From assembly GCA_041649835.1 (NCBI GenBank), contig JBAZML010000001.1, positions 38,722 to 102,721 of the forward strand: a stretch of 64,000 nt of DNA. The letters run 5' to 3'. The notes beneath the pieces are model-generated. The model was not told the DNA's origin, searched no databases, and was given only the letters and a program-made list of their open reading frames with translations. Of this stretch, positions 21,468-30,340 are shown piece by piece; position 1 is the first letter of the stretch, and each line of letters opens with the position of its first letter. The DNA comes from Candidatus Shapirobacteria bacterium (lineage in GTDB: Bacteria; Patescibacteriota; Microgenomatia; UBA12405). The position numbers were made by a program, and so were the translations under genes.

Positions 21468-21899
21468 ATGATTGAAAGCTGTTTGAAGATAAACAAAGAA
21501 TATCCATGGTTTCCTGGTATTAGACAGGATTTTAGCATTGTTCTGGAAGATGAAAGAACGGTCGGTAGTCTCTCGATTACCAGATTCACTATTACTGAGC
21601 CATTCGAGACGAGATGGACTTATCTAAATAGTATTCAAATTCCTGATTTGGAAAACAGGGGTCAAAGTTTTGCATCTCAGGCAATGAGGGAAGTAAACAA
21701 ATTAATTAAACTTGAAGACAGAAATGGAATTTTAAAAAATTCTATTATCGAGAGAAATAAACGTGATTTTTATCGTCATCAGGGATGGACAAAGGTAGGT
21801 GGTGTTGGAACTCAATGGGAATTTTTATTGAACCAACCCCTGTCTGTTTTTTTGATGAGACAAACAATAAGTGTAGTTAAAGAGAATTTTGTCAGATAA
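21468..21899 (+). CDS. Putative GNAT-family acetyltransferase
   Basis: The ORF-track start (GTG 21447) lies inside the tRNA. The first ATG after the tRNA is at 21468. Weak GNAT-like motif (…IPDLENRGQSFASQAMREV…). Confidence 0.45.
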   Translation: MIESCLKINKEYPWFPGIRQDFSIVLEDERTVGSLSITRFTITEPFETRWTYLNSIQIPDLENRGQSFASQAMREVNKLIKLEDRNGILKNSIIERNKRDFYRHQGWTKVGGVGTQWEFLLNQPLSVFLMRQTISVVKENFVR

Positions 21900-21910
21900 A
21901 TAGGTCAGAC

Positions 21911-22336
21911 CTAGAATGGCATTTCATCTGGAATAACGATATCTTCGACCTTATCTTCAACTTGAGTTTCCTGAGCTTCAGGAGATGAATTCTCATCAAC
22001 TGAACGGCGTTCAGTAAAGGGAATAACGGTTTCAGCAACAATCTCACTTATATATTTTTTGGTACCATCTTTGGCATCATATTGACGATTGTCAATGCGA
22101 CCAGTAAGAGAAACTTTCATACCTTTTTTGACTGTATTAGAAATATATTCAGCCTGTTTTCCCCAAACCACAATATTATGGAAAGTAGGAATATCGGTCC
22201 ATTGATCATCTCTTTTAATGGAGTGATTGGTGGCAACACCAAAACTACAAACAGCAGAACCTGAAGGAGTATATCTTAACTCTGGATCACGTGTAACATT
22301 GCCGGTGATTACGGCCATATTTATACTAAATGCCAT
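21911..22336 (-). CDS. ssb: Single-stranded DNA-binding protein
   Basis: OB fold (MAFSINMAVITGNVTRDPELRYTPSG…) with an acidic C-terminal tail …DEMPF. Start taken at the internal Met at 22336. Confidence 0.85.
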   Translation of the reverse strand: MAFSINMAVITGNVTRDPELRYTPSGSAVCSFGVATNHSIKRDDQWTDIPTFHNIVVWGKQAEYISNTVKKGMKVSLTGRIDNRQYDAKDGTKKYISEIVAETVIPFTERRSVDENSSPEAQETQVEDKVEDIVIPDEMPF

Positions 22337-22458
22337 ATTATTTATTAAATAAACTTTTAATCCAAGCGATTTGGTCACGTAACCACTCAATGGTGGAACG
22401 AATTTCATTAACAGTTTCTTTAGTGTTATTGATTTTTTCCCGCGTCTTAGTCATAAAT

Positions 22459-22785
22459 TTATTTTATATCTATTAATTCAACCTCAAAAATTAATGTAGA
22501 CTTGGGAGGAATAACCCCGGGAATTCCCCTTTCACCATAGGCCATATCATAAGGAATGATTAATTTTCTTTTGCCACCAACTTTCATACCTGGAACACCT
22601 TTGTCCCAACCACGAATTACATGACCGACACCAATTTCTGTTTCAAAAGGTTTACCGCGGTCATAAGAAGAATCAAATTTGGTTCCATCTTCAAGCGTCC
22701 CACGATAATGCATGGAAACACCGTCACCGGATTTGACTTCAACACCACTTCCAACGACAAGATCTTCGATTATTAGTTTCGACAT
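22459..22785 (-). CDS. FKBP-type peptidyl-prolyl cis-trans isomerase
   Basis: 108 aa with a classic FKBP core (VHYRGTLEDGTKFDSSYDRGKPFETEIGVG.VIRGWD…). Confidence 0.85.
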   Translation of the reverse strand: MSKLIIEDLVVGSGVEVKSGDGVSMHYRGTLEDGTKFDSSYDRGKPFETEIGVGHVIRGWDKGVPGMKVGGKRKLIIPYDMAYGERGIPGVIPPKSTLIFEVELIDIK

Positions 22786-22801
22786 ATATTTTCATTATAC
22801 C

Positions 22802-24004
22802 CTAGAGAGTAAATTTACCATCTTTGTAAATAATCTTTTTGGTGCCATTAATCAAATTAGCAGTGACAGTACGATTGGTTGTAGCAATGATGTCAGTGTG
22901 AATCACTGAATCATTAAAACCCATATTACTCCACTGATTTTCAGTTATTTTAGCTGAATTTTTAGAATATGATTCATGAAATGAAGCGCCAAGCGCAATA
23001 TGTGTATTTCCATATCTTCCACCAAAATTTTCGTCATATAAAGTTTCGGCCATGAATTTATTGATTTTTGAAAAACGTTTATCGGTAAGAGAAAATTCGC
23101 CAATTTTATCTGCATTTTTGGTGGCAATCATTTCTTTTAAAATATTTTCTCCCTTGGAGGCGGTTGATTTAATAACAACACCATCCTTAAATTCTAAATA
23201 GATATCACGGATTTCATTGCCATATCGATAGAGAGGTAAATCAAATGATATATGGCCTTGAGTGAGGCGCCAATCAGGAGAAATGAATATTTCAAATGAA
23301 GGAATATTACAGCCATCTCCTCCAAGCCATTGACGATTTTTATCAATACCAACAATTAAATCTGTATTTTTAGACTCTAGATGAAAAGAATCAACTGGTA
23401 ATTTATTTAATTTATGTCGTAACTGATTCATACTTTCCTGAATATCTTGCCAGCGCAAAAGTGGTGTAGGATCATCCAAATAACAAGCTTTAATGACTTG
23501 CTGCCAACAACTTTTAAGTGACATTTTGGCTTCGGCGGCCATGGCGGGTGTGGGATAAAGACCAAGAGTCCAAGAAAATTTACCTTGAGACTCTTTTTTA
23601 TGCCGCCAATCAAGATATGGCTTAAGCGACAAATTTTTTTGCATAATTTTTTGAGGATTGATGCCTTCAAGTTCGTGTTTGTTTGTTTCCGCGATGATAG
23701 TTAAAAAGTGATCAGCTTGTTTGACTTTACCTTTTAAAAAATGAGCTGGGAAAAAATCTAACTGAGAAGAGTCGGCCAAAGAAAAAAATTCTTTTTCGAA
23801 TTCGTCAGGTATATATTGAATAATTGGTTGAGCCTTGGCTTTTAAAACACTTCTGTATAAGGCCAATAGTAGAGGTTTGGCATATTCCTGAACTTGCAAA
23901 AAGACTACTTCCCCCGCCCTGATGCCCTGGCCATTATTAAGGGCATAATTTATTAAAATATCAGCATAATTGTCTAATATTTTTTGATCCGGCTTGTAAT
24001 TCAT
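22802..24004 (-). CDS. Probable aminopeptidase (M29/AmpS-like)
   Basis: 400 aa. Length and N-terminal pattern resemble thermophilic-type aminopeptidases. Assignment is tentative. Confidence 0.5.
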   Translation of the reverse strand: MNYKPDQKILDNYADILINYALNNGQGIRAGEVVFLQVQEYAKPLLLALYRSVLKAKAQPIIQYIPDEFEKEFFSLADSSQLDFFPAHFLKGKVKQADHFLTIIAETNKHELEGINPQKIMQKNLSLKPYLDWRHKKESQGKFSWTLGLYPTPAMAAEAKMSLKSCWQQVIKACYLDDPTPLLRWQDIQESMNQLRHKLNKLPVDSFHLESKNTDLIVGIDKNRQWLGGDGCNIPSFEIFISPDWRLTQGHISFDLPLYRYGNEIRDIYLEFKDGVVIKSTASKGENILKEMIATKNADKIGEFSLTDKRFSKINKFMAETLYDENFGGRYGNTHIALGASFHESYSKNSAKITENQWSNMGFNDSVIHTDIIATTNRTVTANLINGTKKIIYKDGKFTL

Positions 24005-24039
24005 GAACTTATTATACTGCCAATGGTAAAATACTCCTT

Positions 24040-24492
24040 ATGGATTTTATAAAAAGATTTAAGAACAATCCCAATAAAATATATTTTATTCTTGCGGCAT
24101 TGGGATTTATATTAATTAATGTTGTCGGACTGATTCTGTATCAGGCGAAAAAAAATAAAAGTGATGAACCGGTAAAAATAAGTGCTGAGCAAATAACTGA
24201 AGTGGTGAACATTCCAACTCCAACTGAGGGTCCAACACCAACCGATTTCCCCACAGCTACTCCTGAGCCGCCAACTCCAACCAATAAACCCACAAAGGCA
24301 CCTACAGCAACCGTAACTCCCAGTCCAACTAATACACCTACCCCGGGACCGACAAGTACACCAGTTCCGTCGCCAACAAGTGTACCGCCGACAAACACCC
24401 CAACTCCAATCCCTCCCACACCAACGATTACCCCAAAACCAACGATAACAACCACACCTATATTGACATCGGGACCGACAATGACCCCTTAA
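24040..24492 (+). CDS. N-terminally anchored Pro/Thr-rich stalk protein
   Basis: One TM helix, then about 100 aa of (P/T)-rich low-complexity sequence with no globular domain. Confidence 0.5.
   Translation: MDFIKRFKNNPNKIYFILAALGFILINVVGLILYQAKKNKSDEPVKISAEQITEVVNIPTPTEGPTPTDFPTATPEPPTPTNKPTKAPTATVTPSPTNTPTPGPTSTPVPSPTSVPPTNTPTPIPPTPTITPKPTITTTPILTSGPTMTP
24220..24480 (+). repeat. Low-complexity PT-coding repeat (ccaac/acncc-rich)
   Basis: Imperfect reiteration of CCAACnCC/ACACC units encoding PTPT… inside the CDS at 24040..24492. Confidence 0.4.
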
Positions 24493-24721
24493 TTATTATT
24501 CAAATAGATTTGAATATCGGTAAAATTATTTTCCCCTAATATGGGTATTAGGATTGATTGGTGATCTTTACTTATACCCATCTTAAGAAAATTCTTATCA
24601 GTAATTGCTAGAGAATTTATTTTGTATTGTGAAAATTCCGGAGCGCGCGAAATATATTGTTCCATCTCTGAAAAACTCATGTCAGTTTTGATGTGACTAC
24701 TCAGAGTTTTAATAAGAGGAA

Positions 24722-25576
24722 TTATTTTACTAAAATATTTAAGGAAACAATTTTGTTTTTGATTGCTTCAACGACCAAACGTTGCCGTTCCGAACGATTA
24801 AAGTCTCCACCATCGGTTTGAGAATGACGAGAGCGGGCAAATTTTAGAGAAGTAATACCATCGAGATGATTTAATCCTTTGTCAAAATGGAGTTTTTCAT
24901 AACGACAGATAAACTGTTGGTCTAATTTGTCTCCGGACATGGTGGCACTAATGGCTTTTATTTCATCTTCACTCTTACCACAAAGATCAGTTGTACCAAC
25001 ATCAAGTGGATAAAATTCGTCATCAAAAGTTTTGGCAACCTTGACATCTAAACCATCAAGCTGATCAATTGCTTTGGTAAATCCTGAAAAATCAACTGCA
25101 AAAAAATAATCAGGTTTTATGCCAGTAACTGCTGAAACAACGTATTTTGACATTTCACCACCTCCAGCAGGTCCGGTAAATTCGATGGCTTTGTTGGGAT
25201 ATTTTTTATCACTGATACCTACAGCATAGGCAGAATTTATTTTTGCAGATTGAGTAGCAGTGGTACTAATAGGCATAACCACCCACAGGTCACGAGGTAG
25301 AGAAATCAAATCAACTTTTTGTAACTTGGGACTAATTCTGGCAAGCATAATAGAATCGGTTAAATAGCCACCATCGTGATTGGCACCAGCATAACCTAAA
25401 AGTAATATTGAAAAATCCCGATTTGGGTCGGGGGTGGGAGTGACAGTTGGTGAAATATTTAATGTTCTGTTTGGAATAACAACCATTTTCTGAAAACTTC
25501 TCTTAAAATAAAAGTAAGTCCCCAAGGGAAAAAGAGAGACCAGTAGAAAAAAAATAAGAACCCGTTTCCATTTCAT
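24722..25576 (-). CDS. LytR-CpsA-Psr (LCP) family cell-wall glycopolymer transferase
   Basis: N-terminal TM plus an LCP core (…LLGYAG…DSIMLARI…LISLPRDLWV…FARSRH…). Confidence 0.8.
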   Translation of the reverse strand: MKWKRVLIFFLLVSLFPLGTYFYFKRSFQKMVVIPNRTLNISPTVTPTPDPNRDFSILLLGYAGANHDGGYLTDSIMLARISPKLQKVDLISLPRDLWVVMPISTTATQSAKINSAYAVGISDKKYPNKAIEFTGPAGGGEMSKYVVSAVTGIKPDYFFAVDFSGFTKAIDQLDGLDVKVAKTFDDEFYPLDVGTTDLCGKSEDEIKAISATMSGDKLDQQFICRYEKLHFDKGLNHLDGITSLKFARSRHSQTDGGDFNRSERQRLVVEAIKNKIVSLNILVK

Positions 25577-25603
25577 GTGATTTAGTATAAACTACAAAAG
25601 ACC

Positions 25604-26323
25604 ATGAAATTAAGATACAAGAGAGTCTTGCTGAAATTGAGTGGTGAATTGTTTGGTGAAAACAACAAAGAGGGAATCGATTTTGATAATGTTGGAAAAG
25701 TGGCAAAGTGCTTGATTGATCTTAAGAAAAAATATCCTATAGATTTAGCGGTAGTGATTGGAGCAGGCAACATTTTTAGAGGTAGGATGGTGGAAAATAG
25801 AGATTTTGACAGAGCTCAAGCAGATTATATGGGAATGTTGGCAACAATTATAAACTGTTTAGCTTTGCAGGGAGAGATTGAAAGATTGGGGGGAGAAACC
25901 AGATTAATGTCGGAGTTAAATGTAGCTTCTGTATGTGAACCCTTCATCCGCCGTCGGGCCCTAAGACATTTGGAAAAAGGTAGAATTGTAATTTTAGCCG
26001 GAGGAACCGGGAGTCCTTTTTTTACTACTGATTCTGCGGCTGCCCTGAAAGCTACTGAATTGCAATGCGATGTAGTGATAAAGGGAAGCAATGTTGATGG
26101 AGTATATGACTGCGACCCAAAAAAGAACGATTGTGCCAAAAAATTTGAAACCATAACCTATCAATATGCTCTGGAAAAAGGGTTGATGGTTATGGATGCA
26201 ACAGCTTTCGCATTGTGTCAACATGAAAAGATTCCCATTATTGTCTTTGACGCAGATAATTTAGATAATCTAGACAAAATCGTGGCCGGTGAAAAAATAG
26301 GAACTCTTATTAATGAAAAATAA
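25604..26323 (+). CDS. pyrH: UMP kinase
   Basis: RVLLKLSGELFG…VVIGAGNIFRG. Confidence 0.9.
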   Translation: MKLRYKRVLLKLSGELFGENNKEGIDFDNVGKVAKCLIDLKKKYPIDLAVVIGAGNIFRGRMVENRDFDRAQADYMGMLATIINCLALQGEIERLGGETRLMSELNVASVCEPFIRRRALRHLEKGRIVILAGGTGSPFFTTDSAAALKATELQCDVVIKGSNVDGVYDCDPKKNDCAKKFETITYQYALEKGLMVMDATAFALCQHEKIPIIVFDADNLDNLDKIVAGEKIGTLINEK

Positions 26324-27041
26324 TTTCGAATTGTAAATTAAGTCTTATAGTGCTACCCGGTTTAACTTGCAGTGGATTGTCGTTAATACCATTTTTAGGT
26401 CGGGTTACCGGTTCAAAACAAACAAAATTTCTGTCAGGAAAGTTTTCGTTTTGTGACCAAATTTGAAGATAGTTAAAATATTTTATATCGGCATTGGTAA
26501 TTTCCCTAATAACTAATTTGTATTCAGGAAATAAGGCAATAAATTCGTTTTTAAAATTATATAAATCATTGGGCGGGTTTACATTCCAATCTGCTAATAA
26601 AGGATTGAATTGAGGAAAATTGATCAATTTTATTGATGATTTTTGTGAATGTTCAATTGGCCAATAGGGGTGGAGTCCGGGTGAAATAGGCATATCTACA
26701 TCTCCCAAATTTTGGACTTCAAGCGAATAGTTAAGTTGGTTGTTGATAGCTTTTAATTTCAAATCGACAATAAATTTATGCGGATATATTTGCCTATACT
26801 CAGGATTAATATTATTTTCTGTTAATTGTAGATGACAAGAATCTTCTGATACTTTAATGTTTTTCCATTCTGAAACACGACCAAAACCATGACTGGGAAG
26901 TGGAGGACCGTAATCAAAATTGGGAAACAATAGAGGGATGCCAGTCCGTTTTAATTCACTACCCTGATACAAGACTTCCCTGCCCTTAATAGTCCATGAG
27001 ATTAAATAGGCCCCAAAGCTGGAGACTTTAATTTTAGCCAT
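26310..27041 (-). CDS. Aldose 1-epimerase / hexose-6-phosphate mutarotase family protein
   Basis: 243 aa with a …GIPLLFPNFD…HGFGR… pattern. Confidence 0.5.
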   Translation of the reverse strand: MAKIKVSSFGAYLISWTIKGREVLYQGSELKRTGIPLLFPNFDYGPPLPSHGFGRVSEWKNIKVSEDSCHLQLTENNINPEYRQIYPHKFIVDLKLKAINNQLNYSLEVQNLGDVDMPISPGLHPYWPIEHSQKSSIKLINFPQFNPLLADWNVNPPNDLYNFKNEFIALFPEYKLVIREITNADIKYFNYLQIWSQNENFPDRNFVCFEPVTRPKNGINDNPLQVKPGSTIRLNLQFEIIFH

Positions 27042-27059
27042 TTTCTATTTTTTGGTTTT

Positions 27060-29189
27060 TTATAAAGAAAGATATTCCAAAATTCCAACTTGATTTTTGG
27101 CTTTAAAGGCACGATCAATTTTGGTAATAGGATCACTACCAAAATATTTTAATAATTTATTTAATTCAGTCTTTCTGACTTCCGGATCGGAGGTATTTTT
27201 TAAAGCTTCAATTTGGGGTTCAATATCAAAATATTTCATTTTTTCTTGAGCCGCCAACTGCCAAAATAATAAAAAGGCACGATCAGGAAAATCGATGCCA
27301 ATAAGTTTGTAACAGTATTTAATGACTGATTTTTCTAAATCTTCTCTGATAGCATCAGTTTTTTGTTTTTCCATGTTGATATCCCCATTACCTAAACTCT
27401 TTCGACCAATCTCAATATACATTTTGGTTTTTGGTTCAGTTCCGGAGGGTCTGACGGTAACGATAATACTGTTGGTCATATCGTCAGTTGGTTTTAAATT
27501 GAAAGTTAAAACATTACGAGAAACTTTGTCAGTTTCTGAAAGAAATGGTGATCCACTCCATTCGTCTTTTACAGACTCAACGAGGTAATTCCCGAATGAT
27601 TTGGGGGGCTCAGTTCTCAATTTTTGCTGAATCTTGGCCATTTCAGTCATTCCTTCGGCACCGGGTAAACGAATTTCAGTAAGATAATTTCTAAAATATC
27701 CAAATTTAAGATAAATATCATCTAGATATTCTTTTAGAGTTTTGTGTTCTAATTTTAATTTTGAGGCAAGTTCAGCTAACAAAATTCCAGGAACACAGGA
27801 GTCTTTGTCTCGAAGATAGTTGCCAGCAAGGGAGCCATGACTTTCCTCACCACCAATTAGAAAATCTTGGATTCTGCCAGCTTGTTCTAATTTATTTATT
27901 TCACTGCCAATATATTTAATGCCAACTAAAAGATTGCCAATTATTTCAACCCCATATTCTTTGGCTAAAACAGAAATTAAATTCGTTGTTACTAAAGTTT
28001 TGATGATAACTTTTTTGGAATTTAAAACAGATTTCTTCTTCATCTCTTCAAGCATATGGGAAACAATCAAAACATAGATTTCATTACCATTAAAAAAATG
28101 CCAACCTTCTTTTTCTTTAGACATTAAGCCAACTCTATCGCCATCAGGATCAGCAACCATAATTATGTCAGCGCCAATTTTTTCTGCTGGAGCGGTGAGA
28201 TTTAAATATGATTCTTCAACCTCAGGATTGGGAATGTTAAAAGTGATTGAAGAAAATTTTGGGTCAGGTTTACCGGATGTTTCGTCTACAGTGACATCAA
28301 AACCAAGGGATTTTAGGACCACTGGGACGGAGGTAAAACTAGTACCATGAAAAGGACTATATAAAATCTTGACCCCCCTATAATCTGAAATTGAAGTTGA
28401 GGCGGCAGCCTCAAGATAAGCTTGTCTGGTTTCAAGGGGAACTTCTTTTATTAAGCCGGTACTTTTAGCGATATCGAAATCGATTTTTTTAATTTCTTTT
28501 ACCTGATTAACAACCACGTCAACAAGTTCTTGATCGTGTGGGGGAATTAATTGACCGCCGGTTTCATCAACTACTTTTTTACCGTTATATTCTGGGGGAT
28601 TATGACTGGCACTAACCATGTCACCTGCAACGGCTTTCAGGTGTCGAACTGAAAATGACAACTCGGGAGTGGTGGCAAAACCGTCAAATAACCAGACAGT
28701 AAGTCCATTTGCTGCATAAACAACAGCAGCCTGCTGCGCCAACATCTTACAATTTAATTCATATACGGGATTTAATCTTGAATTATCGTATTCACCCTCT
28801 TTCAAATATTCCCTAACATCATAGGCAATAACAACACCACGATTTTTAGCACTGTCGCCATACTTACTAATTAGATATTGCGAGTGACCCTGAGCCGATG
28901 CTTGAATCGTCCAAGTATTAATTCGATTTGGTCCAATACCCACTAATCCACGACGGCCACCGGTGCCAAAAGGAATGATTTGGTAGAAACAGTCAAGAAT
29001 CATATCCCATTTTGCATTTTCAACCAGATATTCAATTTGAGGGACAAAATCGGCAAATTCCGGCTCAGTTAACCAACGTTCAACATGAACTAAAGCTGAA
29101 TCTTTGTATTGTTGATCGACACCAAGACTATTAAAACCATCTTTAATTTGGGAGAGAAGATTTGAATTTGTCATCCTTGAAGATATCAC
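27060..29189 (-). CDS. Phosphoglucomutase/phosphomannomutase-family phosphohexomutase (long form)
   Basis: Active-site serine loop SASHNPPEYNG and an Mg-binding DPDGDR motif. 709 aa with a C-terminal extension. Confidence 0.8.
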   Translation of the reverse strand: MISSRMTNSNLLSQIKDGFNSLGVDQQYKDSALVHVERWLTEPEFADFVPQIEYLVENAKWDMILDCFYQIIPFGTGGRRGLVGIGPNRINTWTIQASAQGHSQYLISKYGDSAKNRGVVIAYDVREYLKEGEYDNSRLNPVYELNCKMLAQQAAVVYAANGLTVWLFDGFATTPELSFSVRHLKAVAGDMVSASHNPPEYNGKKVVDETGGQLIPPHDQELVDVVVNQVKEIKKIDFDIAKSTGLIKEVPLETRQAYLEAAASTSISDYRGVKILYSPFHGTSFTSVPVVLKSLGFDVTVDETSGKPDPKFSSITFNIPNPEVEESYLNLTAPAEKIGADIIMVADPDGDRVGLMSKEKEGWHFFNGNEIYVLIVSHMLEEMKKKSVLNSKKVIIKTLVTTNLISVLAKEYGVEIIGNLLVGIKYIGSEINKLEQAGRIQDFLIGGEESHGSLAGNYLRDKDSCVPGILLAELASKLKLEHKTLKEYLDDIYLKFGYFRNYLTEIRLPGAEGMTEMAKIQQKLRTEPPKSFGNYLVESVKDEWSGSPFLSETDKVSRNVLTFNLKPTDDMTNSIIVTVRPSGTEPKTKMYIEIGRKSLGNGDINMEKQKTDAIREDLEKSVIKYCYKLIGIDFPDRAFLLFWQLAAQEKMKYFDIEPQIEALKNTSDPEVRKTELNKLLKYFGSDPITKIDRAFKAKNQVGILEYLSL

Positions 29190-29200
29190 AACAATTGTGT

Positions 29201-30013
29201 TTATCTCAAGTCAACCAAGATGGTAGTTACTTCGGGGAATTGCTTATTTGGTTTTTTTTGAACCCTAAGTCCGCTTTCTGTAGCGATTAACAAACCAGCT
29301 GCAATATCGATATATTTCTCAGGTTTCAGTAGTGGAGCCATATAGGCTGAAAACATGCCAACTGAAAGCCAACAAAGTGAAAGTGAACCGCACCCAAATG
29401 ATCTAACTCTGTAAAATTTTTGATGCAACTCATCCAGTAACGTGGAAACATATCCGGCATATTGTTTGTAATTTTTTGAGCCGAAAGTTAAATCGACGGA
29501 TATTTGTTCATTTTCTGAATCCTGGAGATTGTGCTGACAGATTATTTTTTTTCCATTTAAAAAAGCTCCATTATTTTTGGATGCTGAAAAAAGCATTTTA
29601 GATTGAGGCTGATAAACAACTCCAATGATTGGTTGGCCATCCTCCAACAAGGCAGCGGTTACAGTCCAAAGTGGCACTCCCTTAATATAATATTTACTTC
29701 CATCAATAGCGTCCAGAACCCAAGTATATCGAGAATCCTTGAGATCACTTGATTCTTCCATAATAAGTGAATAATCCGGAAAATTATGGGAGACCCATTC
29801 AGAAAATTGTTGTTCAATCTTTACGTCAATGTCAGTACAAATATTTGGAGAATACCGGATAATTGAATTCGATTCTTGAGAATCCAGAGCTAATTTTCCA
29901 TAAGAAAGAACAATTTTTTCAAGCTTTTTTTGAATGTTTTTTATATCCACAGGATATGATATCTCATTTGTTAGAATATGGCATGGAACAAATAACATAC
30001 TCTGATTTTGCAA
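29201..30013 (-). CDS. Inositol monophosphatase/CysQ family phosphatase
   Basis: WVLDAIDGSKYYIKG metal-binding motif. The start is uncertain (M1 at 30013 or M6 at 29998). Confidence 0.7.
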   Translation of the reverse strand: MQNQSMLFVPCHILTNEISYPVDIKNIQKKLEKIVLSYGKLALDSQESNSIIRYSPNICTDIDVKIEQQFSEWVSHNFPDYSLIMEESSDLKDSRYTWVLDAIDGSKYYIKGVPLWTVTAALLEDGQPIIGVVYQPQSKMLFSASKNNGAFLNGKKIICQHNLQDSENEQISVDLTFGSKNYKQYAGYVSTLLDELHQKFYRVRSFGCGSLSLCWLSVGMFSAYMAPLLKPEKYIDIAAGLLIATESGLRVQKKPNKQFPEVTTILVDLR

Positions 30014-30321
30014 AAGTTGAATTTAGGGTGGGAGAAATTATCGAGGCGATAAATGTAGAAACTTCTGAAAAATTAATTAGAATGATTGTTGATTTTGGTG
30101 AAGAGTTGGGGAAAATTATAGTATTCTCCGGAATTCGACATTGGTACTCCCCTGCCGACTTATTAAACAAAAAAACTATATTTGTGGTAAATATGATTCC
30201 TAAAAAAATTATGGGTGAAGAAAGTGGAGCAATGATTTTCGGGGCAGAAGATGAAAAAAATAATGAGATGTCAATTTTGATTTTGGAAAAGGATTTACCA
30301 TCAGGCACTAAAGTATTCTAA
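29983..30321 (+). CDS. CsaA/Myf-like tRNA-binding domain protein
   Basis: OB-fold tRNA-binding pattern (KVEFRVGEIIEA…IVDFGEE…VVNMIPKKIMGEESGAMIF). The start is moved to the Met matching the CsaA N-terminus. The ORF-track start at 29863 would overlap the divergent phosphatase gene by 150 nt. Confidence 0.7.
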   Translation: MEQITYSDFAKVEFRVGEIIEAINVETSEKLIRMIVDFGEELGKIIVFSGIRHWYSPADLLNKKTIFVVNMIPKKIMGEESGAMIFGAEDEKNNEMSILILEKDLPSGTKVF

Positions 30322-30340
30322 AAGTCTGCTAAAATTAGGC

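Noticed and set aside
24141-24455. 104-aa Gly/Val-rich minus-strand ORF
   Set aside because: It is the antisense shadow of the PT-repeat CDS. A low-complexity repeat keeps the complementary frame open.
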